Positions 1 through 9,688 of a stretch of DNA of 64,000 nucleotides are shown piece by piece (the stretch's first letter is position 1; every line of letters starts with the position of its first letter). Source of the stretch: Cyanidioschyzon merolae (taxonomy: Eukaryota); assembly GCA_000091205.1 (NCBI GenBank), contig AP006494.2; one strand, written 5' to 3'. Under the pieces are notes generated by a model. The model had not been told where the DNA came from. It worked only from the letters and a program-made list of their open reading frames with translations, and ran no database searches. Position numbers and translations under genes: made by a program.

Positions 1-1278
1 CTGTTCCACTTCCTTTCAGCGTTTGCAGTGTATCGCGAACGGCAGTACCGCGCGCGGGAAGAGGCGGGCGAAAAAATCGACTGGGATCGCTTTCGTCGCA
101 TTCGGCGATCGTTGCCATTGCCGGTAGCGCGCTTTATCGCAGCTGAGATCCTTGCCGCGCTGGAATTCCTGCATCGCGCGGATATCGTGTACAGAGACTT
201 GAAACCGGAGAACGTTCTAATCGACAATCAAGGGCACATTTGTTTAACGGATTTCGGTCTGGCGCGCGTTCTTGAAGCCGTTCCAGCACATGCTGGCTCT
301 GCTGCTACATTGAGCGGCGACGGTGACCTGGACGCCGCCCACCATATCAAGCCGGGTCGCCACGCAATATCCGACGTCTCGTCTCCATCGTCTTCGTCTT
401 CATCGACGTCGTCGTCGACAACAGCAAGCCCGGACAATTCTTTCGCAGCAGCCCTGGATGGCACCGCCAACGACGACGACGACGACAATGCTGCACCCGA
501 AGGTAAGCACCCCAGCAGCGGCAACGGCAACGAGACGGCATATGTGCGTCAACGAGCGTCGTCGTTCTGTGGAACCAAATCGTATATCTCACCGGAAATG
601 CTCAAGACACGGGCTCGTCTGCTGCATGGATACGGCTTCTCCGTCGACATCTGGGCGTATGGAGTGCTCCTCTATGACATGCTGGTTGGCAGACCACCGT
701 TTTATTCCAGCGATCGGGAGCGCAGCTTTGCGCTTACGATGACGGCGCGTCTGAGTATCCCAGACTTTGTGGATGAGACGAGCGCGGACTTCCTCATGCG
801 TTTGCTGGAGAAGAACGAACGAAAGCGAATCGGTTGCCGTTCTGCGTTTGCGACCGATTTCGACGAGATCAAACGGCACCCGTTCTTTGCGGGAATCGAC
901 TGGAACCTGGTGGAACAGCGCAGATTGCCAGTTCCCCAGGAGATTATGGATGTGCTCCAACTGGGCCCCGACGCGGCACAGAAGGCGAACGTCGACCCGT
1001 CCAGCGTCGAATGGATTGTGCGTAACTTTGATCGCCGCTTCACTGAAAGTGATATGGACTCGCTCATCGCCGCCCTGAACCGCTCATTCGATGAGTCCTC
1101 GCACCCGCTCGGTGTTGGTAGTGCAGTACAGGTGAGTACCAAACAGAGCGATCCAAGTGCCGCACGGCGTAACCGAGCCGGCAGCATTCCCGGCTTTATG
1201 TTTACGTATGAGGTTGCCGCAACCGGTGGAGCGCCCCTGAGCCGAGTGCGCACCGCTGACTCGAAAGCAGCTGCGTGA
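1..1278 (+). CDS. AGC-family Ser/Thr protein kinase, C-terminal portion (5' end lies outside window)
   Basis: Frame 1 is open from nt 1. [18 protein letters not shown] catalytic loop, DFGLA, an approximately 140-aa Ser/Asp-rich insert before [13 protein letters not shown] (APE region), [23 protein letters not shown]-tail [12 protein letters not shown] and a hydrophobic motif GFMFTYEV. Confidence 0.85.
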   Translation: MFHFLSAFAVYRERQYRAREEAGEKIDWDRFRRIRRSLPLPVARFIAAEILAALEFLHRADIVYRDLKPENVLIDNQGHICLTDFGLARVLEAVPAHAGSAATLSGDGDLDAAHHIKPGRHAISDVSSPSSSSSSTSSSTTASPDNSFAAALDGTANDDDDDNAAPEGKHPSSGNGNETAYVRQRASSFCGTKSYISPEMLKTRARLLHGYGFSVDIWAYGVLLYDMLVGRPPFYSSDRERSFALTMTARLSIPDFVDETSADFLMRLLEKNERKRIGCRSAFATDFDEIKRHPFFAGIDWNLVEQRRLPVPQEIMDVLQLGPDAAQKANVDPSSVEWIVRNFDRRFTESDMDSLIAALNRSFDESSHPLGVGSAVQVSTKQSDPSAARRNRAGSIPGFMFTYEVAATGGAPLSRVRTADSKAAA

Positions 1279-1551
1279 TCGACTTGTGCAGCGCTCTCGA
1301 TCCAAACTTGTTTCTATGTTTTTAGCCCCGTGATGTAAACACACCTGGTAGCCCGTGACGCCATCTAAAACCGCTAGTAGAACACAGCGCAAGCTTTCGT
1401 TCTAGGGGGAATTCCAGGCACGCTGGTTTGTCGCAAGCGCTTGATGCGGCTTCGCTTTGTACGCAGCCGCCGGCTCAGAGCGTCTGCGTTACCGGAATGG
1501 AGAAGAGAACGCTATCGATGCCCAGAGGGAAGAGACTTTACTGTTTCCGTC

Positions 1552-1766
1552 GATGCTTCCGTTTTTACCAGCTCCGTGCCAAAAACTTCCCCAGAACAAT
1601 AAAGGTGTGATCACTCTGACGACTTGCTGAGAACCGCGCCCCTTGCAGGCGCTCGGCGATGCTTCCGTTTTTACCAGCTCCGTGCCAAAAACTTCCCCAG
1701 AACCATAAAGGTGTGATCACTCTGACGACTTGCTGAGAACCGCGCCCCTTGCAGGCGCTCGGCGCT
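1552..1766. repeat. Two tandem copies of a ~107-bp unit (gatgcttccgtttttaccagctccgtgccaaaaacttccccagaac[a/c]ataaaggtgtgatcactctgacgacttgctgagaaccgcgccccttgcaggcgctcggc)
   Basis: Direct visual match of 1552-1658 with 1659-1766, with one substitution. The repeat lies about 280 bp downstream of the kinase stop codon. Confidence 0.85.
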
Positions 1767-3919
1767 GCGCTAGCTGTGCAGTCGCCGTCGACATACCGTA
1801 AGAGGAAGGCGTGGCCATGCCTACACGGGCTGCGCTTCCAGTCTCATCGCCGCGGTACCAGCATGACCTCGTCAACGGCACCGTTGCTACCGAGCGCGCT
1901 CAACGTCATCTCAGCGCTTTCTATGAGTGCACCAAGACAGAGCGGCAGCGATAGGCAATGAGACGGACCTTTCCATGAGGTACAGCACACGGTGCTGTGC
2001 TGCGCGTGGCCTGCATGCTCCCCAAAGACATAACTGGACAGAGGGTTTTTAGCGGCGCCAAGGTACAGCAAAGCACAGCAAAACGAGGCAAGGTACGGCT
2101 CTGTTGCAATGATGCCGAGCGAGCCGCGAAACGCGCTGGGAACGGTACAGTAGGCAAGCGGCGCGCGTGCTCCCCTATGCCCTAGTTATCGTAAAGTAGA
2201 ACACTGAAGTACTCGCTGTGTTCCCGCTTTTCAATTTTTCCAGAGTTGGTCTAGAAATACGGCATAGAAACTCGAAGTTCAGGAATGAATTCGAATGGAC
2301 GACTATGCAAATGTAGAATTCTTGAATGTTTTCTCGGAGTATTGTGTACGATGCTTTGCCACCGGAATTTGTTACGTAATCGTCATGATTCGCGTCGCAC
2401 TCGAACCCGGATTCGTAAAGTAACCGATATCGTTATGCGATGCTTGCGTACTAGCGTCGACTCATGTCCTGGCTGTAGGTGCAGCATGCCCAAATCAAGC
2501 ATTGTATGGAATTCGATCCTTCTGTTGCAAGGCCACTCGAGGCTGAAGCATCTTGCGCCGCCTAGTAGACGAGAAAAGCGAAAATGCTCGACTTCTTCTG
2601 TGAGCGACTTTATGACCTACTCATGCTGATAGCGTACTGAACGTCTCATGCCGAATACTCGATTCTGCTCGAAATACAAACGCTTTACACTGTCTGGTTA
2701 TTGATGAAATCGGAAATGAGCGCAGTATAACCATGCCTCTCACAGGGTATGTCGGTTGGGATCGTCTGTCTTCGGTTTGCACGGAAAATGGTCTTCGAAT
2801 TGCAGTTCAGTGAGCCTAGCGGTCAGTGGCTGTAGAGCGTGCATGTCGCTTCGCCTGAAACGAGCCTAAACGAATCGGAACTCCTCGACTTGATGTCTAA
2901 CCTGAATTTTCCTTACGATATGTGTTTAATCATGGATAACATCGTGTTCCATAAATCCTCTATCGAACGGAAATGCGCACACTTTCGCATATGCAGCGGA
3001 CCGGGCACCTGCCTTGGGGATCGCCTCGAAGAAGTCCTTGATCGTAGGACGCGGCACTCTGTGCGGATACAGAGGAAAACAGCGCTGGGAGCCTTGCGTT
3101 CACGTCAACCGCATGTACCGAGCGATGAAGCGCGCTGTCGTGCGACTCTGGGCGGCGCTCGGAGCCGCAGAAGGTCTAGTGCATCCCTGGGAGCACTTGA
3201 TCGCAGTCACTTGTCACCGCTGGAAAGCGCGCATGGAGACCGTCTGCATAGTAGGCGAAACAGGTGAACGAAACCTGGATCAGAACTTTTGCCTGTGCGA
3301 GGAACCCCCAGAGAACAACCGGAAGCGGCGGAAACGGGCTTTCATGCTGCGATCAGTATCCACGACTGATTCCAACAGAATTTGCGGGATAGGTAGGACC
3401 GGCGTATTCGAAGCGCGAGACAAGGGAGAGGAAAATGAACCGGTCGCAGAAAAAGCTTGCCATGGCTGGTGTTGATGACAATGCTGAGCGAGCCATACGT
3501 CAGTGTGTGTGTGTGTGCGCTCGTGCTATGTGAGAGCGCCCGTCCCACGGTATTCCGACATGAGTGTACGGCATGCAGGACGATACCGGAATGTTTTTTT
3601 CTGCGGTGAGAGGTCGACGCATCGATCCAGGGATCTGTAGCGAGTGCGATGCTCCTGCGTATCGATCGATGCAAACAGTGCGCGGGCCCAGTGCCCCCAG
3701 TGCTCTACGAACCATAGACCAGACTTCACTTTGTGAATAATGGTTTGTTCGCACGACCTTCCCAAGTATAGGTCCTACTGTGAGTGTCTAGAATGGCGCT
3801 AGTCGTAGCAGCAGCACTGCGGGCCGCTGAATGCAGACAGATCGGTTTCACGAGTCCCCGTCTGGCGCCCGCTCGAACGTCGATTCTCATCAGGGAAACG
3901 GATCACTACGGGCGCTATG

Positions 3920-5370
3920 AGATCGGCCTCAGAAGTTTTTGTCTTTCAACTCAGTTTCGTGGCAAGTCTGCTGCGGTGTGCAGTAGGCGGTTGAAATCTC
4001 CATGGAATGTACTGTACCGATCGTAGACGAATCGCCAATAGAATATGTTGTTTGCTGAACAGTGCACGGAGGGTTTCATTTCTCCATCGGATCAGTGATA
4101 CCACAATACCCATATGGTTGAGGAACACTGAACGAAGCAAGTACACGTGGTCTGCATTAAAACAACCGATATTCTCGAAGACTGCGACCTGTTAGTGGTA
4201 TAAACCAACCCACCGGACACGTTCCGGAAAGCGAAATGAACAATAGTAGGCAGCACGGGCGCCGCTTTTCTCAATTGCCTGTTCGCGTGATCCTGAAAAC
4301 ACTGGGATGCAGTCGGAATAAACTTCTGGTTCACGAACGGACATCTTCCACCAAAATCGGAACGAGAGCGTTCTCAGAATGTCGCGGTCGGTATGAAGCA
4401 GAGCATCATCGGTTTGTTTTACCGGTCGATGAGACTCGCTTCGGAAAAAGACGGTCCGAGCGTATATGGGTATTCGTGGCGGGGGCGCCCCCTTCTATGT
4501 ACAATCAAATTCGATGAGGACGATGACATCAACTGTCCTAGATGTAGTGGATTCTAGTGGCGGCCGCAGTTTCGCTCGTAGGCAAGGCTCACACAACAGC
4601 ATCTACATGCTTAAATCATTGAAGACATTTGCCTCTGACGTTTGATCACGTTCGTCCATTGGATATCGAGGCATCTCACTCTTCGCTTTACGTAACTGCA
4701 TTTGCTGCGCGTGCCGGAGGTAGAGCCGGTCTTTTCTTCCCTGTACGCCTAGTGCCTTAACTCCATCGACGGAGCGTTTCCATCGTGAAACGTAATGATC
4801 GCTCTAGTAGGCGAATCGTTGAAGCGTACATCACACGGTGACACGTTGACACATACCGTCTTTTACCAGCAAGTGCTTCTCCCTTTAGGATGGTTCTCAC
4901 CCAGGCACATAAATAAGTGCGTTCATTTTAGAAAAATAAGGGATGAGCTCGGACGTACATTTCAAAAGGTCGAGTTTGAGCAGAGGCAGTGGAGCGCTTC
5001 GGCTATAGAAAACTACGAAGCGCTGACCGAAGAGCAAATGGAAAGGAGGGCGAAAGCTCGTGGATTGCTTGCACCAGTGAGTACAACGAATGATGGCAAG
5101 AAACGTATGGAGTTCGTGAACCGAGACTTTAACGCCGCCATCAATATCAGGAGATGTGCCGTGGTGGAGCATAGACCTCCAGAGTGGACAAGAAGGTGTT
5201 TTGTTGGACAACCTCCCAAAGTCGAACTATATGAGAAAAAATTTGAAGCAGTAGAAGGTGGCCTGTCCCAAAAGACTGCAAGGCATCTGCACGTCAGTTG
5301 GCTACGTTTCCTCCAAGGCGCGTTGCCGCTACTACTGTGCACCGCTGGCGACGTTCGACTTTTGAATGGC
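3920..5370 (+). mobile_element. Composite repeat copy: HTH-like small ORF (4007-4195) plus non-coding segment plus Fanzor/TnpB-like C-terminal fragment; second copy at 29885-30950 (-)
   Basis: Nucleotide-level homology to the reverse complement of about 29885-30950 over more than 1 kb (for example gtatatgggtattcgtgg, gatgaggacgatgacatca and cgtagacgaatcg blocks). The peptide MYCTDRRRIANRICCLLNSARRVSFLHRISDTTIPIWLRN matches MYCIDRRRIVYKNYCLLNSARNTAFLLQVSHTTVFKWLRN on the other copy. Confidence 0.6.
4795..5299 (+). pseudogene. Fanzor/TnpB-like nuclease, C-terminal fragment (zinc-finger remnant plus RuvC-III)
   Basis: EEQMERRAKARGLLAPVSTTNDGKKRMEFVNRDFNAAINIRRCAVVEHRPPEWTRRCFVGQPPKVELYEKK aligns residue-for-residue with the 39354-39740 ORF. 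RDFNAAINIRR is the RuvC-III signature of TnpB/Cas12/Fanzor. The stop codon is lost and the ORF runs on into flanking DNA. Confidence 0.65.
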
Positions 5371-6781
5371 TATTGGCTGCATGGAGCAAACTCGAAAACG
5401 ACGGCGGACGGGATGTTTTCATACCCTCGGCTTTGACTGGAGACAAGCGCTCGCGACTGCCTTTATGCCACCAGAACCACGAGGCTTTTCCGCAGCCGCG
5501 TGCCAACGCGCAACACGTTGGCAGACGGTACAGCCTCGAGCTCGTCGACGGACGCTTTCAGAGCGTCGGCTACAAATGCTATACGTCAGCCGTCGAGAGT
5601 TTCTGTGGCAACTCGCAGCGGGCGCGGCAACGCTGGGCTTTCACAGTGTGAAAAAACCTGTGGCGCCAGCGGCTTCAAACTCGGCACCACCGGCGCCCGT
5701 GAATGGGCGCTTGGCACCACTGGGTGCTATCTTCGACACGATGATCGGCTCTTTTCTACCACCGCGACCTGAGCGACTCTTATCGAGGCGAATTCGGCAT
5801 AAAGGAGCACGCTCTGTTCTCTTGGTCGGGGAGACACACACGGACCGACAACACCATCGGGTGCAACTGGCGTTGCTGGACTCGTTTGTGAAGCATGTTC
5901 GAGGTCAGCGGAATGAGTCGATTGCAGGAGCTCCAATTGCGATCGGCATGGAGCATTTCTATCGGCAGCATCAAGTGCATCTGGATCGGTACATTGCGGG
6001 CAAGATTGAGCTACGACAGTTACTCGCTATTACTCGTTTCGAACTTACCTTTGGGTATAGCGCGCAACTTTGGCAGGATATTTTGGAGTATGCACGGGAA
6101 AACCGTATTCAGGTTGTTGGTCTCAATACTCCGTTCGAATTGGTGCAGCTGGTTGCCCACTACGGCCTGGATCACTTACCAGAACGTTTGTATGAAGTGC
6201 TTCCTCGCGATATGGATGTGCATGGTAATGCTGCACACCGTGAGCGTTTTATTCAGAGGATGAAAGCGTTGGGGGTGGAAGCGCATGGTCCACTCATTAA
6301 CGACGAGGCAGCACTGCAGCGAATGTATGAATCGCAGGTGCTCTGGGACGAATACATGAGCGAATCGGCGGCCTTGTGGCTAGAGCGGAACCCCCGCGGT
6401 CACTTGTGTATTTTTGCGGGTAATGGTCACGTCGAAGGCCGTGTTGGGATTCCAGACCGCCTGACTCGTCGTTCTGGGAGGCCGACCTTCACCGTCGTGC
6501 CGTATACGGTGCCGTTCCAATCAGACGGCTGGCCCGATATACCGCATCCCGGCAACAGAGATGTCGGAGATTGGCTCTGGTACCTGCCTGTAGGATCTGG
6601 GGGTGCCGAATCTGACGAATCGGACCCCAAGTCGCAGCGACAGCAACGGTTCGGGGAGCGTTTCGGCTATCGAATCGCACGCAGTACCGAGTCCGACATG
6701 AGACTGATGGGGCGAGGCGCAGCCAGAACCATTCAGAGAGGTACGCAGACGAAATCTGTGGACGAGCCGGACTGGGTATGA
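5366..6781 (+). CDS. ChaN/Tiki-like (haem-binding uptake / iron-regulated family) protein with twin-arginine-type signal peptide; the true start may be a downstream Met
   Basis: SRREFLWQLAAGAATLGF (RR followed by a hydrophobic h-region) at about 5585-5640, preceded by an approximately 70-aa basic leader. VLLVGETHTDRQHH and a GNGH motif are typical of the ChaN/Tiki/TraB GxxH fold. Confidence 0.55.
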   Translation: MAIGCMEQTRKRRRTGCFHTLGFDWRQALATAFMPPEPRGFSAAACQRATRWQTVQPRARRRTLSERRLQMLYVSRREFLWQLAAGAATLGFHSVKKPVAPAASNSAPPAPVNGRLAPLGAIFDTMIGSFLPPRPERLLSRRIRHKGARSVLLVGETHTDRQHHRVQLALLDSFVKHVRGQRNESIAGAPIAIGMEHFYRQHQVHLDRYIAGKIELRQLLAITRFELTFGYSAQLWQDILEYARENRIQVVGLNTPFELVQLVAHYGLDHLPERLYEVLPRDMDVHGNAAHRERFIQRMKALGVEAHGPLINDEAALQRMYESQVLWDEYMSESAALWLERNPRGHLCIFAGNGHVEGRVGIPDRLTRRSGRPTFTVVPYTVPFQSDGWPDIPHPGNRDVGDWLWYLPVGSGGAESDESDPKSQRQQRFGERFGYRIARSTESDMRLMGRGAARTIQRGTQTKSVDEPDWV

Positions 6782-7683
6782 ACGCGCGCGACTCGAGCTT
6801 TCGATAAGCGAAACAAGAGCAGCGCCACCAGACAGACTTGAGCAACTCGTCCTACCGGTTGTCAGCGTGGCACGGAGGACATGTTTATGGAGCCTTTCAC
6901 GGTGCATGCTAAGGAATCTAGCGAAACGTGACTAGCCTCTGGTAACTGCGGAGCGCTGGAGCGCCCAAGCGGTGTTGCGGCAGCGCAACAGCGCGCGCTT
7001 CGCACTGGATGAAACAGCTACGCGGGCGGCTGGATCGGTTCACCAGTCATACACACGCAAGACGATTGGAATCTTGGCTAGAAGCACGACGCTAGCGCAC
7101 ACATTGCAACGGATCAGGAGCTGTGCTTCATGACCCGTGATGGGTATGATTGATGACTCGAGCGGCCTGTGTAGACAGACATCCGACATAAGAGGGAACA
7201 AACGGGATACGAGGAAATCAAGTTCCAATGATTTGCAACTCCTATCCTGTGGAATCAGCTTTTCGCGCTCCTGCGTATACAGCCTGTCGATGCCCGCTCG
7301 GCGAAAAGGACCTGCAGAAAAGCAGCAGTGCGAAAGCGCGGGCGTGAAGCGTCACGACCTGGACATGACGCGCACGAATGACGACTTTGCTGGCAAGCCA
7401 GGCATGCTGGGTCCATCGCCTCTGATCCAGATCAGTCATCCATCGCGTTAAATATTTTTTTGTTGTTGTACGGGTAAATACATGATGCACAGTTACATGA
7501 TAATGCCGGCTTGCGTTCTTCTACATTCTGTGAAACAAACTGCACGGATTCCAGACGAGCGCAAGCGATGTCCATCCAGAGCCCAGCGGAGCGGATTGCA
7601 TCCTCCGGTGACGCGGACCAGTCTACGACGCAGTGGCGCTTGACGTGGCTCCATCGGCCTATCGAACATCTCCTGTAAGCAAT

Positions 7684-8736
7684 TCAGACTGGGAAGCCTA
7701 GCAGCGTCGCGACCTGAACTGCTAAATCACTGAACATGGTTTGCACGGCAGTGTCCTGCGCCATGCGACCTTGGTCGGCGGCCTCACAAAGTGTCTTGTT
7801 CAAAGGCAAGTGAGCGAGGACTTGTACGGAAGCGGCTTGTGCGAGCGCTGCGGCACGCTGTTCCGGCGCGCCGAAAACCTCCTCTTTATGCTGACACCGC
7901 GAGCACTCCACATATGCCATGTTCTCGACGATGCCGAGTACCGGTATCGAGAGGCGAGCAAGCGCCTCCAAGCCCCTGCGAACCTGAACCTCTACCAGCT
8001 GTGGCGGTGTGGTGACCAGAATCGCTCCCTGCACCTTGAGCTGTTGCGCCAAGGTCAGGAGAACGTCGCCGGTCCCCGGCGGGGTATCCACCACCAGAAT
8101 ATCAAGAGGCGCCCAGTCCACGTCGAAGAGCAGTTGCTGGACCGCTCTGGTGGCCACAGGTCCTCGCCATACCAACGCTTCGGTTGCTCGTTTCTGCAAA
8201 GCGGCCAGCCCGAATACTTTGAGCCCAGACTCGGTGACAAGAGGAACGAGTGGTCGACTCGTCTTGGGGTTGCGATCGCGGCTTGCTTGTGTGACGCTCG
8301 CCCGCAACAAGTGTAGAACCGATGGACCGTAAATGTCCGCGTCTAGGATCCCGCAACGTAGTCCAAGTCCCTGCTGCAACGCGCTTGCAAGACCCACTGC
8401 TACCGTAGACTTTCCCACACCGCCTTTGACGGCGCTCGAGAGCACAACCGCAGTCACGCCGGCAAGCACGCGTTTCTGGAACGGCCCGCTGACTGCAGCT
8501 CCCTGAGTCAAGTCTCGAAGCTGGAGAGGGGCGTGCCCGATCAAGCGTGAAAACACCGTGGTAGCTGGTGGCAGCCGCAGATATCGTGACAGCCAAGCCC
8601 GCTGCGTTGAGCAACCCCCGTACAAGTTCATGGGCTGGAGCGCTGGTACCCAGCAGGTGTTGCACGGGATACTGCGGACCCTGCTGGGCGCCCTGCTCGC
8701 GCCCTCAACCGCGCATAACCAGGCAGGGACGTGCAA
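7684..8736 (-). CDS. Mrp/NBP35/ApbC-family P-loop ATPase (Fe-S cluster carrier, HCF101/Ind1-like) with N-terminal extension
   Basis: AVKGGVGKSTVAVGLA Walker A (deviant), DADIYGPS, VVDTPPGTGD, and a CxxC motif (VECSRCQHK) characteristic of the family. An approximately 100-aa N-terminal presequence-like region is present. Confidence 0.8.
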   Translation of the reverse strand: MHVPAWLCAVEGASRAPSRVRSIPCNTCWVPALQPMNLYGGCSTQRAWLSRYLRLPPATTVFSRLIGHAPLQLRDLTQGAAVSGPFQKRVLAGVTAVVLSSAVKGGVGKSTVAVGLASALQQGLGLRCGILDADIYGPSVLHLLRASVTQASRDRNPKTSRPLVPLVTESGLKVFGLAALQKRATEALVWRGPVATRAVQQLLFDVDWAPLDILVVDTPPGTGDVLLTLAQQLKVQGAILVTTPPQLVEVQVRRGLEALARLSIPVLGIVENMAYVECSRCQHKEEVFGAPEQRAAALAQAASVQVLAHLPLNKTLCEAADQGRMAQDTAVQTMFSDLAVQVATLLGFPV

Positions 8737-9688
8737 CGGACTGCCAGCACTAGCGATTACGTCCGTTTCATGAGCAGGACTGGAGTGGATCAGTTGTATG
8801 TTGCGATGGCTTTCGTGAAGCGACGAGCACTGTCGTACTCGCTTTCGTCAGATCTGGCTTTCTTGTTGCGAGACGAGAACCTCTGGGCCAGGCACGAAAT
8901 AAGCGGGAAGGAATTTACGTTTTCCGCCTATGTGTGGACGTTACCCAGCAGCATCTTGACCGGCGAGCGCATACAGAGCGGCGAAAGGGCAACTACGCAC
9001 GTGCGTCCGCGGGTGCACATAGGAGCTTGCGCGCGACGCTGTTAGCAGGTAGTGCACCCTCATGACGACGTTCGCATTGTCAAGGCGTCATCAGACTCGA
9101 TTCGTACACGCACACGAGAAACTGTATGGATATGAGCAGCGCTTTTCTGGGAACGCCACGCTGAACGAGCGGGGATATCGTTCGGTGTACCTCGGTGCTG
9201 GCCGCATCAACGCGCACGCTGCAAGGAACGGTTGCGTCCGGTGGTATTCATCATATGCAGATATCTACAGAATGAACATCTCGCACAGATGTTGAACCCT
9301 TTGGATCGCTTCTCCCTAGGTGAACCGGTCGCGTCGAGGCGCGGGTGTACACAAGCCGCACATCGAAACGTCAGCGTGCTAGAAGGGATGAACTGTTTTA
9401 CCTCAAAACTGATGCCCACGACTGCAGCACGCTGCCCAGTCTAAATACTCGACATGAAAAAGATCCATACGTCCAAGTGCCGTACCAGTAAACCTAGACG
9501 AGACTCGAAGAACAGCGCTGGTACACCATGCAACAAACGCTTGCGTCAAGGAAACCGAGTCGCAGCCTCTGCTCTGCTGCACATAGGTGGCGACGTCCAT
9601 TGTCGATACTCAAATCGTCCACGCTTTAAAAGAGCGCCTTCATGGAAGCTGATTGAACGGTGAAGCGCTTTGAGTGTTCGTGAACGTC

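Noticed and set aside
2380-2410. tRNA-like T-arm candidates (gggttcgagtgcgac on the minus strand at about 2395; gttagtggtataaacc at about 4195)
   Set aside because: No complementary 5-bp T-stem, no acceptor stem pairing and no anticodon arm could be built. Judged chance matches, and no tRNA is reported.
5576-5660. The bacterial-looking Tat signal plus GTG-start ORFs could suggest a prokaryotic origin of the window
   Set aside because: Gene content (prefoldin-4, reticulon, UBX/p97 cofactor, PHD fingers, AGC kinases, MYB/SANT, OGG1 of eukaryotic type) is unambiguously eukaryotic. The GTG starts are an artefact of the ORF-calling rules.
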